From the IMG/VR virus record IMGVR_UViG_3300033553_000790: DNA of 64,000 bases. The stretch is one strand, 5' to 3'. The position numbers and the translations under genes were made by a program. This document shows, piece after piece, positions 49,159 through 58,389 of this stretch (its first letter is position 1; the number at the start of each line of letters is the position of its first letter). The notes under the pieces are model-generated. The model worked only from the letters and a program-made list of their open reading frames with translations, was not told the origin of the DNA and did not search any database. This DNA is from an uncultured virus (IMG/VR IMGVR_UViG_3300033553_000790) (Duplodnaviria > Heunggongvirae > Uroviricota > Caudoviricetes).

Positions 49159-49502
49159 CCGTCGAGGAAGATAATATCTTCGTTATCGCCATCATCCGGT
49201 CCCCCCGCTTTATCCTCGGGCTCTGATGCATCAGACTCTTCAACATGTTCATGTGGTTTCACACCGTTAGAAGTAGGGCGATGAGCACCGCCTTTCTGCT
49301 CTTCAGTGGATGGACCTCTGGCCCCTTCGGTTTTAGGCGCGGAGTCTTCGGCCTTGTTAGATATGAAAGGGGTAGCAGAATCGTCTGGGGATAAAAACTT
49401 ATCTAGATCTAAATCCGGAGTTGTTTTTTTCGTAATGTACTCTTTCTTCAGCATGCTCTCTAAATCATCAAGGTTTGCTTCGGCAAAACTAAAACCTGCC
49501 AT
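49155..49502 (-). CDS. acidic, probably disordered hypothetical protein
   Basis: AAGGA RBS; CTAACG at 49531. Confidence 0.6.
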   Translation of the reverse strand: MAGFSFAEANLDDLESMLKKEYITKKTTPDLDLDKFLSPDDSATPFISNKAEDSAPKTEGARGPSTEEQKGGAHRPTSNGVKPHEHVEESDASEPEDKAGGPDDGDNEDIIFLDG

Positions 49503-49656
49503 AATTTACTTCCTTTTCTTAAGTGTTGTTCTAACGTCACCCTTAATATCTGTTATTATGGTAACGTATTATCAGTTATATTTATTTTCTTTTTTGTTTT
49601 TCTTTTTACGTTAGTATATATGGTAGGTTTGAATAACACAGAACGAGGTTAGTAAA

Positions 49657-50088
49657 ATGACAAAAATTTTAGCACCTGTATGGAATTACTTATTAGGTAA
49701 AGGATTTTCTATTAAAACTTCTCTAACCCCAGCTGAGTTGGTATACAATAATTTCAAAGATAAAATCAGTTTAGCTGACACGGAAGAGCTGAACATAAGC
49801 TTGTTTGAGTTAGATGACGAATATTATAACAACCTCATTTCACAAGTGTCAAATAAAAAACTCAAGAAAGACCCTAAAATAAGTAAAATAGATAATGAGT
49901 CAGCGAAAATAATTGCCATAACATTAAAGAATGAAGATGGCAAAATTAAACTAATAGATGGTGCTGAATATATCAACTGGTTAGCTGAAAGAAAAAAAGA
50001 AAAGCACCCTAAGAAAGACGCACTTAAGCCTATAAAAGAAAAAATTTATGTAATTGAGTTAACTAAACTGGATAAGGAGAGAAAGTAA
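49657..50088 (+). CDS. degenerate ParB/Srx-like protein
   Basis: AITL....GKIKLIDG; resembles 36784..37185. Confidence 0.5.
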   Translation: MTKILAPVWNYLLGKGFSIKTSLTPAELVYNNFKDKISLADTEELNISLFELDDEYYNNLISQVSNKKLKKDPKISKIDNESAKIIAITLKNEDGKIKLIDGAEYINWLAERKKEKHPKKDALKPIKEKIYVIELTKLDKERK

Positions 50089-50472
50089 ATGGATGTCAAG
50101 AAGAAGCTAGAAGGCCTGTCCCACCCTCAGTTAGGGGAAATTTCAACATATCATTCTTTATTCCGTTATGATGCTATGGACCTTATTGTTTTCCTTGAAG
50201 GAACTAAAAATGGAAAATCAGTATCATACCTTATGAACCTTGGTGATGATAGCGCGACTGGTTTAACATGGCTGACTTTTGAGCTACCGGAAGGCACAAC
50301 TAAAGAAGATGTTATACGATCAGCTAATAATTCCTTTATAGATCTTAAAGAACATGCAATGAAACTCAATAATTTATTTCTCATCTTCTATGATGGCGCT
50401 GATTTGACAGTTTCTGAGATAAGTTACAGAGACGCCTACACTGACGAATGGACCCCTCCTGCTTGGGGGTAA
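50089..50472 (+). CDS. hypothetical protein
   Basis: AAGGAG RBS. Confidence 0.6.
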   Translation: MDVKKKLEGLSHPQLGEISTYHSLFRYDAMDLIVFLEGTKNGKSVSYLMNLGDDSATGLTWLTFELPEGTTKEDVIRSANNSFIDLKEHAMKLNNLFLIFYDGADLTVSEISYRDAYTDEWTPPAWG

Positions 50473-50518
50473 AAACTTATTTACTTCCCCCTATGAAACG
50501 TGGTAGGATATAACTATT

Positions 50519-50833
50519 ATGAACCCAGATTACAATATTCTAGATACCTGGAAATGCTTTGTACATGACAACGCTCTTCTAAAATTCGGCAGGGTCGTTA
50601 TAATGTATAACGCTTTGGACAACACCGTCCACTGGGGGAAGATTAACGCGCCTTTTAACCATTATTATGCTGACCTTAGTAAAACACCATGCGTTTCGTT
50701 ATGTAAAAAACTATCTTCTACCGGTGGTGCTATTCCCGCTGATGAGGAACTATGGAGAGAATATCAAAACGAAGATTCCCAATTGGAACCTTGTTTAGAG
50801 TGCCTCATAGTAGCTGAACGGTTAAGCGTTTAG
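50519..50833 (+). CDS. hypothetical Zn-binding protein
   Basis: VHW, SLC, CLEC. Confidence 0.55.
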   Translation: MNPDYNILDTWKCFVHDNALLKFGRVVIMYNALDNTVHWGKINAPFNHYYADLSKTPCVSLCKKLSSTGGAIPADEELWREYQNEDSQLEPCLECLIVAERLSV

Positions 50834-50894
50834 GAATTATACTCAGCTAAGTTGTGTTAGGTTAACGGAAACAATATAAAAAGGAGATCCGTTA

Positions 50895-51209
50895 ATGATT
50901 CACATGACCACTGACAATTTTGAAGAGATTAAGCTTAATAACGATAAGATACTAATAGACTTTTGGGCCGAATGGTGCCAACCTTGTAAGTTCTTCGGCC
51001 CTATTTTTGAGGCTTCTGAGAAAAAACATGACGATATTACTTACATAAAAGTGGATGTGGATAGTAACCCGGAGCTATCACAAGCGTTCGGAATATCTTC
51101 CATCCCGAGTATTGTGGCTATTGAGAACGGTGAAATTGTCAAATTTGATGCCGGGGCAAGGGACATGGCTGGGTTAGACTTATTTATTGAACAAAGCTTC
51201 AGTAAATAA
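50895..51209 (+). CDS. trxA: thioredoxin
   Basis: IDFWAEWCQPCK.F.P, KVDVD, SIP. Confidence 0.93.
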   Translation: MIHMTTDNFEEIKLNNDKILIDFWAEWCQPCKFFGPIFEASEKKHDDITYIKVDVDSNPELSQAFGISSIPSIVAIENGEIVKFDAGARDMAGLDLFIEQSFSK

Positions 51210-51319
51210 CTAGCGGGCTCCATAAGCACCTAGTTAATTCCTAGTCATTAGCGGCAAAGGAATAGGTGTTTTATGGTGAAAAGTAGCTTACATGTTGACG
51301 TGTTAGAGGTGCCCTAAGA

Positions 51320-52717
51320 ATGACCTTCAAAACAGAAGATGCGCTATTGACAACAGATGGTTATAAACGCCGTGCTGAGCACGATTCGGCGTGGAAAGAC
51401 TCTATAAGTAGTTTATTCTGGCTTTTAGGGGTTGGTGGGTTAGCCATGATGCTCGCCAGTGGCGCTCCTATTGGAAATTTTGGTGACGCGCTCACAACGA
51501 TTGGCCGGGCAACAGGAATTGTAGCTGGGACAATGATGATGATTCAGTTACTCATTATAGCTCGCGTTCCCATAATTGAACGCAGGTTCGGACATGACCG
51601 TGCGGCCCTTCTACATGGTCGGCTTGGGCGTATCGGGTTCATAATTATTTTTGTTCACGTTATTGCGCTCATACTCGGATATGAAGCAAGAATACATACC
51701 GGATGGTGGGACCAAGTATGGACATTCGCGTTAAATTTTGGCACCGAAATGACATTAGCGGTTATCGGGTTTGTACTTCTAGTGGCAGTTGTCATCACAT
51801 CATTAGCTGCGGTTCGAGCTAAATGGAAATATGAAAAATGGCATGCTGTTCATATGCTCACCTATATTGCTATCGGGCTAAGTATTCCCCACCAATTCGT
51901 TAACGGCACGACCTTCTCAGGGTACGCCTACTCTATTACTGATACTTTAGCCCGATGGTACTGGGCTATTCTATGGCTAGTTAGCGTTGGAGCTTTCTTA
52001 GGTTACCGCTGGCTGAGACCCATTTGGCATTTTATTAGGCATCAGATAATTGTCGCGAAAGTAGAAAGAAATAGCGACGGAACTATTTCAGTATGGATGG
52101 AAGGGCGCAACCTCCAAGATATTAACCCTACGGCAGGGCAATTCTTCATGTGGCGGTTCCTGACCCCCGGCATGTGGGCCCAAGCGCACCCTTTCTCCCT
52201 ATCGAAATCGCCTAAGGGCGATATTATGAGGATAACCGTGAAACCAGTTGGGGATCACACTGCCGCTATGTTCGATCTGTTACCAGGCACTAAAGTTATG
52301 GCTGAAGGTCCGCTGGGGCGCTTCACATCGCATCACAGGAGGGCCCATGGTACTGTACTAGCTGGGGCCGGTTCGGGTATTGCTCCGATGGTAGCGATAC
52401 TTGAAGATCTAGATAACACAGCTCCAATATCAGTTTTCTTAAGAGCGAGAACAGCAGCAGATATACCCCACTTTGAAGAAATAAAAACCCTCGCTCATGA
52501 GCGTGGCGCGACCTTATACGTTTTAGATGGCAGGCGCTCTGAAATCAGTTGGCTACCAGAAGGGAAAACCGCAAGCATGGCAGAGCTAGTTCCTAACCTT
52601 ACTAACTCTGATGTTTACGTGTGCGGCCCGGAGGCGTGGGCTAAAAACATATTAGATGAAGCTCGGTCCTGCGGAGTGTCGGAGCAGCATCTACATCGTG
52701 AAGAATTCGCTTGGTAA
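51320..52717 (+). CDS. ferric reductase-like membrane oxidoreductase with FAD/NAD-binding domain
   Basis: 6 TM with heme His (LHGRLG, VHV, WHAVH, PHQ), AGQFF.WRF, HPFSLS, EGP.G.F, AGAGSGI.P, YVCGP, terminal E.FAW. Confidence 0.92.
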   Translation: MTFKTEDALLTTDGYKRRAEHDSAWKDSISSLFWLLGVGGLAMMLASGAPIGNFGDALTTIGRATGIVAGTMMMIQLLIIARVPIIERRFGHDRAALLHGRLGRIGFIIIFVHVIALILGYEARIHTGWWDQVWTFALNFGTEMTLAVIGFVLLVAVVITSLAAVRAKWKYEKWHAVHMLTYIAIGLSIPHQFVNGTTFSGYAYSITDTLARWYWAILWLVSVGAFLGYRWLRPIWHFIRHQIIVAKVERNSDGTISVWMEGRNLQDINPTAGQFFMWRFLTPGMWAQAHPFSLSKSPKGDIMRITVKPVGDHTAAMFDLLPGTKVMAEGPLGRFTSHHRRAHGTVLAGAGSGIAPMVAILEDLDNTAPISVFLRARTAADIPHFEEIKTLAHERGATLYVLDGRRSEISWLPEGKTASMAELVPNLTNSDVYVCGPEAWAKNILDEARSCGVSEQHLHREEFAW

Positions 52718-52722
52718 AGCTT

Positions 52723-53244
52723 TTACGGGTTAAGGTATTCCTCAGGAGTTAAATAAATTTTAAGTTTACTGGGTGCACCCTTGATGGCATTATAAAAAGA
52801 TATCGCGCTAGTGTAGCTTCCTACGATCAGTGACGAAACTGATGTTAAGGCCCCCGGCACCACACCGCTAAGGCCTAAAGGCTTAACCAAATGTCCACTG
52901 GATACTGATGTCGGTTGCACTATATTCTCAGATTCGGAGAAAACAGGCTGTTCTTTCAACATTTTGGTGGACCTGAACACTATAGCACCCCCGGAGAGGC
53001 CCATGAAGGCCCATGAGACGAAAGATAGGCCAGTTACCCCTGTTGGTACTAGTAATAGGGATAAAACAACCATAGAGGCCCCATAGAAGCGAAATTCTTT
53101 ATAGAAGCTGTCTTTATAATAAGGGTTTTCAACTAACATACAAGTTGCTACTCTCATTAAATGAAAAACAATAAAAACCCATAAAGCAATATGTATAAGA
53201 ATTGTTAAATCTTTTTGTTGGTCAAGTATGCTAACCATTATCAT
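52723..53244 (-). CDS. membrane protein
   Basis: Several hydrophobic helices. Confidence 0.55.
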   Translation of the reverse strand: MIMVSILDQQKDLTILIHIALWVFIVFHLMRVATCMLVENPYYKDSFYKEFRFYGASMVVLSLLLVPTGVTGLSFVSWAFMGLSGGAIVFRSTKMLKEQPVFSESENIVQPTSVSSGHLVKPLGLSGVVPGALTSVSSLIVGSYTSAISFYNAIKGAPSKLKIYLTPEEYLNP

Positions 53245-53270
53245 TTGAATTACCGTTTCCTAAAGTGTGT

Positions 53271-54098
53271 TTATCTGACAAAATTATGTAACTGAGTTAG
53301 AATACTTTTAAACCTTGCGTCCAAACGCGCCATACTCTCTTTAGGGATGACGCTCTCTAAGTTATATTTATAAAGGTTATCTTCTATCTCTGATATAACA
53401 GGAATGTACTTTCGTGCTTTCTTTTCTGTTGACACCACACCTAGCGTACCCTCAGTTGCATAAAGGCTACCGGCGTTGTCAATAAGGTCTACAACTTTCA
53501 CCAGAAGAGCTGCGGGGTTCTTTGTTATATCCTGGAAATGATTGAAATATATTACATTTTTCTCTTCAGTGGTCAATGAAGGGTCTTTGAGCTGGTTAGA
53601 AACATGGTGAACAAGTGACGAAACTTCGAGCCCATAAACGGATGACATGTATTCTAAAGCTTCTTTTCTTAATGAATACTCGTTCATATCTGCGGTGTCT
53701 TTATTGGCAAAGAGCCTAACTATATCTTCGCTATGATCTTCAATAACGTCATGTAGTAAACATGCAATAAGTATGTTCTCATCTTCAGCACCGAAGCGGA
53801 CAGCGCGAATAGTGTTCCTCAGCGGGTGCTCTATATATGGGGTTTTAGGTAGGTGAGCGCGGTTAGCTCGCATATCGTTCCTGTGTAAAAAAGAAGCAAA
53901 AGATATGGCGGAAGTAATCTTATCATAGTTGACTTTATCAACAAGTTTAGTTTCAATAAGAATCATCAGCTCAGCAAGCAACATCGCAGCATCCATCTCC
54001 TTAAGGGGTAACGAGTTGAAAAACTCCGCTGCCCTTAAGTTGTGTGCTTCGAAATTAGTGTTCTTATTCATGCTCAATATAATACCATAATTAAACAA
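53271..54098 (-). CDS. HD-domain hydrolase, RelA/SpoT hydrolase (Mesh1-like) type
   Basis: FA..LH...R, PYIEHP, ACLLHDVIED, LVK.VD.IDN. Confidence 0.85.
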   Translation of the reverse strand: MFNYGIILSMNKNTNFEAHNLRAAEFFNSLPLKEMDAAMLLAELMILIETKLVDKVNYDKITSAISFASFLHRNDMRANRAHLPKTPYIEHPLRNTIRAVRFGAEDENILIACLLHDVIEDHSEDIVRLFANKDTADMNEYSLRKEALEYMSSVYGLEVSSLVHHVSNQLKDPSLTTEEKNVIYFNHFQDITKNPAALLVKVVDLIDNAGSLYATEGTLGVVSTEKKARKYIPVISEIEDNLYKYNLESVIPKESMARLDARFKSILTQLHNFVR

Positions 54099-54158
54099 AA
54101 AAGTAAATATTATTTTATGCTATAATAACAATCGAGAGGCTTTAGAGAAGAGGAAAGA

Positions 54159-56384
54159 ATGTTAAACGGATTCTATTTTACGCGCGGTAACGCAATTATT
54201 GTTGAAAACAACGCCACTGTTGGCGAAGTCGCACCCCAGCAAGCCCTGGCTACTATGCTATCTGAAATGTTGAATTATGGGTACGTTCCATCGCAGGAGC
54301 TCTACTCAGAACTCGCGAAGGCGTCAACATATACCTTAGCGGCTATCCTTGATGAAATAATACCTGAGATGCAAACCGCTTCAGGAAGCGGAGAGTCCGT
54401 TACGCCCATGTACCCAAATTTCCCTAACGAAGTCCTAGAAGCATCAGAAGCGGAACTTTTTGTCAACGCTATTTCACATTACTTAGGTGACGCTATAGGT
54501 TACAGAATAATGCCGAATATCGAAACTAAAGCACGCCCAATAAGGCTTGACTTCCCTGAAGCTCAGGTAGTTGAGTTAGGAACAGAAGAAGGGCTCTTGC
54601 GAAGTCTAGCTATGTTCCTGACAATGCCAATTACCTGGGGCGAAAATGAGCACAGATTGCTGAAGATGGTTTTCGAAACACGTAACCCCACTGCTCTCAA
54701 AGTCGTATCTGAGCACATGTCTTTAATGACTAACAGGGAAAACAAAGCGCAAATCTTTGCGGATTCAGCTAGGATTAAAAACGATTTAACTAAAGAACTC
54801 CTAGTTTCCCCTAGTAACGAAACTTCGTCTTTCTTAGAGGATGTCACAGGAATCCTAGTATCATCTGTGGATACCTACAACACCGCAACAGACGCACTCC
54901 GCATCGCGGCTGTATGGTCAGGTTTCTCGCCTTCTCTTACCCCAATCAAAGTTTCAGACCAGGACAGCACTAGGATTAAGTTTACTAACATACCTAATTT
55001 CCTACGCCGCTATATGCTTTCCATGGTCGAGCGGGATAAAGATGCATGTGTTAATGTTTCTAGGCGACCTGGGCTTTTCAAAGCGTTAGGTGAAAAAATT
55101 CATCCAGGGAAATACGCTCATGTTTACCCTAGGGCTGCGCATGCCTTCAACAAAGTTCGCAACAACGAATATTTTATGCCAGAAGCACAGTTACAGAAGA
55201 TGTTCGCCGCTGGCGATGTAAAAGGTGCGGTTGCTGAACTGATGCTATCCCCAGGAGTTTTTACTCGAAAGCTAAACCAGGCTTTAGTGTTAGCTGAGCA
55301 GAACGATTCTGTTGATTATGTTCTATCAGAGTACAAAATGGTTACTTCTTATGTTCCGTCACGGCTTCTATGGCAAGCTTACAAGTTCTTTGATGATTAC
55401 CTTACCAAAGAAGTACGAGCAACTGTACCTAAAAGCTCAGCCGCTGCACAGTATTTTATTTTCGCAGAGAACAAAGCTGTTTTAAGCGCGGCCACGCTAC
55501 ATGAGGCTAAAAAAGTTTTGTATGCCGCTATTGTTGACAGCTATGCTACTAAAGCAACCCTCAAAGGCCAATCGGTGTTCATAAACCCAGCTTTGAACAG
55601 GATTGCCATCCCCGGTAACTTACGTGATAACACTAACCTTCGCTACAGTATGGGTAGGGGAAGTAGAATGTCAATACCTGAAGTTAACTCTGAAAGCGTA
55701 GATACTGTACGTCTCTTTATGCACTGGTCAGATCAGGGTGTTTCTCGGGTTGATTTAGACTTATCAGCTGAAAGTTATGGCGCTAATTGCGAAATGCTTG
55801 GCTCTGTCTGGTACGGTAATTTGCGTGACGATTATGCTGTACACTCTGGCGACATTACATCCGCGCCGCAGGGAGCAGCTGAGTACATTGACATTGACAT
55901 TAAAAAAGCAGCAGCTAAAGGAATTCGTTACGTAATGGCTTCAGTGACAAGCTTTACAGGGCAACCTTTAGACACTGTACCTGAAGCTTATGCGGGATGT
56001 ATGGCAATATCCGGTAACGCTCAAGCTGGACAGATCTTTGACGCTAAAAACGTTACATCTAAATTCCAACTCAGCAGCTCAGCAAGGAAAGTTGCGACGA
56101 TTGTGTTAGATATCGAAAGTAGAGAAATAATCTTAGCGGATATTTCACCTAGAGCAAGGGAAGTTTCTGGGAATAACGTCCTTTCATCATACAACGCGAC
56201 AAGTCAAGCACTCAGAGCTTTACTCTCACAGAGTATTATTAGTGTATCTGATGTAGCTACTGCCAACGTAATTGCGCGCAAAGGGAGGATAGTTACTTCT
56301 AAAGATGATGCTGATATAGTTTTTGACTACAATGACAAAGGCCTGTCGGTTCCTTTGGATGAAATATTGTCAGAATGGCTTTAA
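54159..56384 (+). CDS. large protein: helical (possibly TROVE/Ro-like) N-terminal region plus C-terminal TerD-like domain
   Basis: PMYPNFP.EV.EAS.AEL..NA..HY; PG.F.RKL; RGSR; C-terminal RLFMHW, VDLDLSA, HSGDITSAP.GAAEYIDID resemble TerD signatures. Confidence 0.75.
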   Translation: MLNGFYFTRGNAIIVENNATVGEVAPQQALATMLSEMLNYGYVPSQELYSELAKASTYTLAAILDEIIPEMQTASGSGESVTPMYPNFPNEVLEASEAELFVNAISHYLGDAIGYRIMPNIETKARPIRLDFPEAQVVELGTEEGLLRSLAMFLTMPITWGENEHRLLKMVFETRNPTALKVVSEHMSLMTNRENKAQIFADSARIKNDLTKELLVSPSNETSSFLEDVTGILVSSVDTYNTATDALRIAAVWSGFSPSLTPIKVSDQDSTRIKFTNIPNFLRRYMLSMVERDKDACVNVSRRPGLFKALGEKIHPGKYAHVYPRAAHAFNKVRNNEYFMPEAQLQKMFAAGDVKGAVAELMLSPGVFTRKLNQALVLAEQNDSVDYVLSEYKMVTSYVPSRLLWQAYKFFDDYLTKEVRATVPKSSAAAQYFIFAENKAVLSAATLHEAKKVLYAAIVDSYATKATLKGQSVFINPALNRIAIPGNLRDNTNLRYSMGRGSRMSIPEVNSESVDTVRLFMHWSDQGVSRVDLDLSAESYGANCEMLGSVWYGNLRDDYAVHSGDITSAPQGAAEYIDIDIKKAAAKGIRYVMASVTSFTGQPLDTVPEAYAGCMAISGNAQAGQIFDAKNVTSKFQLSSSARKVATIVLDIESREIILADISPRAREVSGNNVLSSYNATSQALRALLSQSIISVSDVATANVIARKGRIVTSKDDADIVFDYNDKGLSVPLDEILSEWL

Positions 56385-56395
56385 TGTGGTATAAT
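56367..56395 (+). promoter_or_regulatory. near-consensus sigmaA promoter for downstream small RNA
   Basis: TTGTCA(56367-72)-N17-TATAAT(56390-95) with TG extension. Confidence 0.75.
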
Positions 56396-56401
56396 TTAAC
56401 C

Positions 56402-56501
56402 GATATATAAAGAATAACGCGGCGCTTAGGTTAACCTTCCTTCTCAATAACTTACTATGAATATAAACAGGTTTTCCACTACAGCCGCGTTATTCTTTTT
56501 T
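56402..56501 (+). ncRNA. candidate ~100-nt small RNA closed by a 15-bp terminal stem
   Basis: AAAGAATAACGCGGC (56409-23) pairs perfectly with GCCGCGTTATTCTTT (56484-98) around a 60-nt interior; U-tract end; own promoter. Confidence 0.65.
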
Positions 56502-56907
56502 ATTTCTCTATGACTAAAACTCTAAACTTAGAACTCGCAATGTTTTCTGCTGGCGGGGCAACAACCATCCGTAAATCGGCGCTCATTTTAGGACCATCAT
56601 ACTCTTCAATGAATTTCTCAGCTTCCTCAGCAGATAAGAAAGCATTCGCAGTGCTATCCACAAACTTATTAGTATACTGAGCGTACATTGCGATATTATC
56701 AAGACTGTCTACATAAATATTACTCAAAGCCCTTAACAAGTCAAAGAAAATATGTTCCTCATCCGCGCCGAACGGAGGGAACAACCTGGCCACAGTAAGT
56801 AACAGCATTTCTTGGCGAGAAGTTAAGTTACCATTATAGAAGCCATCTATATATTCATTTATTTTCTCAGTTGTGAGATCTTCCTCGGAAATTTCCTCGT
56901 TCATCAT
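56500..56907 (-). CDS. hypothetical protein
   Basis: ORF track. Confidence 0.6.
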   Translation of the reverse strand: MMNEEISEEDLTTEKINEYIDGFYNGNLTSRQEMLLLTVARLFPPFGADEEHIFFDLLRALSNIYVDSLDNIAMYAQYTNKFVDSTANAFLSAEEAEKFIEEYDGPKMSADLRMVVAPPAENIASSKFRVLVIEK

Positions 56908-56938
56908 TCTCCAGTTGCTTGTTTGGTCATTAAATACA

Positions 56939-56977
56939 AATGTAGTTTAGGAAACGTTGCGCTTCCTAAACTACATT
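56939..56977 (-). terminator. 15-bp hairpin downstream of 56996..57364
   Basis: AATGTAGTTTAGGAA / TTCCTAAACTACATT. Confidence 0.65.
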
Positions 56978-56995
56978 CATGGTAAAATCGGTTAA

Positions 56996-57364
56996 CTATT
57001 TCTTAAGAGATTTCTTGTTTTTCTTCTCTTGCTCTTCTTTGAACTGCTGAGCTCCGTCATTAGCTTCATATGAAGCGTTGAGTTTACGCATCTCAGCGTC
57101 AAACTTAGCCAAGAAAGAACCATAGAAGCGGCGCACCTCATCGGTGTTCTTCTTCTCGTCTTTGGACATACTGTCATGAATCCTATCAGCATCATACGCT
57201 AGCTCCATTAAGCCACGAATGCGCCCACCATCCGCTACTAACCATAGCTGAGGGTACTTCTCTAACAGACCAAGTAGGTTAGTTAAACGAGTTGTGATAT
57301 CCTCGTTTTTCTTGTAATTCTTGATGCCTTCTTTAACAATCTTGATGTGATCGTGGCTTTCCAT
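56996..57364 (-). CDS. hypothetical protein
   Basis: AGGAG RBS; CTAACG at 57411. Confidence 0.65.
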   Translation of the reverse strand: MESHDHIKIVKEGIKNYKKNEDITTRLTNLLGLLEKYPQLWLVADGGRIRGLMELAYDADRIHDSMSKDEKKNTDEVRRFYGSFLAKFDAEMRKLNASYEANDGAQQFKEEQEKKNKKSLKK

Positions 57365-57435
57365 TTTTCATTAACTCCTAATTGTTGTTCTTCTTATTTA
57401 CCATTATACACTAACGTGAAGATGGAATTAAAATT

Positions 57436-58323
57436 TTAATACCAGTTTTTGTTTACGGAGTGTTCCCACGCGCCACATGGTGTTCCGTAGCGACCTTGTA
57501 TGTAAGACAATCCCCATTTTATTTGTGTAGCAGGGTTAGTTGCCCAGTCTGAGCCGCTAACAGCCATTTTATTGCCAGGTAGTGACTGCGGAATACCATA
57601 AGCGCCTGAGCTGCGGTTCTCAGCATAATGGTTCCAACCAGATTCTTTAGACCATAAACTATCGAGACACATCCATTCATTACCGGTCCAACCGCGCTGG
57701 GCGGCTATTTCCTGCCCTATTGCCCTGTTAGTGCCTGGGTTGACAGGGCCTGAATTAACTACTGGTGCCCGTTTCTTAGTGCCAACTTTAATTACCTCAT
57801 CAACTGGGTCTTTGATATTGACCTTTATCATCAAATCTTTAGATACAACATCCCCTGCTGCGTTGTAACTAACCTCGTATGTCATCATGTTGCTACCCTC
57901 TTCACCTTTTACTGATACGACTTTCTCATTTTCGTATAAAGAAGGGTCTTTGACTGTTTGTGTTTCATATGCGACGGGCGCTGAGACTGCCACAACTGAC
58001 ATGCTAAGAACGCTGGTGGGGTTTTTCTCTTGCGCTAAAGATATTTCTGCTTTAATCGGAGGGATTGTATCGTCTTCTAGCTCGGGACTAGGGGATAATG
58101 TGGACGTATAAGCGCTAGTTGCGAAATTAGTACCGTTAGGGGAGTCAAGCAAAGCAGCTGACATAATACCTAAGCTTAAGGATGACAGTAGTACACCCAA
58201 GTAAATGGGCATAGGGTAGCGTTCGTTAGTGTGTGAATTTCTCATAATGTTATATTTATCGGTCCTGTATACTCTTACATCATATCGCACTAAAGATATT
58301 TTTGGGAAAAGTCGATGTTTCAA
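57436..58323 (-). CDS. G5-domain lytic transglycosylase-like secreted protein
   Basis: G5 (DP.L...EK.V..KG.EG ... PVDEVIKVGTK) then WMCL..LW.KESGWN, SSGAYGIPQSLP, NP.TQI.WGL.YI..RYGTPCGAW; start likely internal. Confidence 0.88.
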   Translation of the reverse strand: MKHRLFPKISLVRYDVRVYRTDKYNIMRNSHTNERYPMPIYLGVLLSSLSLGIMSAALLDSPNGTNFATSAYTSTLSPSPELEDDTIPPIKAEISLAQEKNPTSVLSMSVVAVSAPVAYETQTVKDPSLYENEKVVSVKGEEGSNMMTYEVSYNAAGDVVSKDLMIKVNIKDPVDEVIKVGTKKRAPVVNSGPVNPGTNRAIGQEIAAQRGWTGNEWMCLDSLWSKESGWNHYAENRSSGAYGIPQSLPGNKMAVSGSDWATNPATQIKWGLSYIQGRYGTPCGAWEHSVNKNWY

Positions 58324-58389
58324 TTATTTTATTTACTCTCGATAGGATAAAATAATCACAAGCTAAGAATAATTTTAAGGAGTTACTCT

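Noticed and set aside
56402..56501. Canonical Y RNA or tRNA call
   Set aside because: No GNCGAA-type Ro-binding motif and no T-arm/cloverleaf visible; reported only as an analogous candidate.
56409..56501. Plain intrinsic terminator
   Set aside because: The 60-nt loop and dedicated upstream promoter argue against a simple terminator, though it may also terminate transcription.
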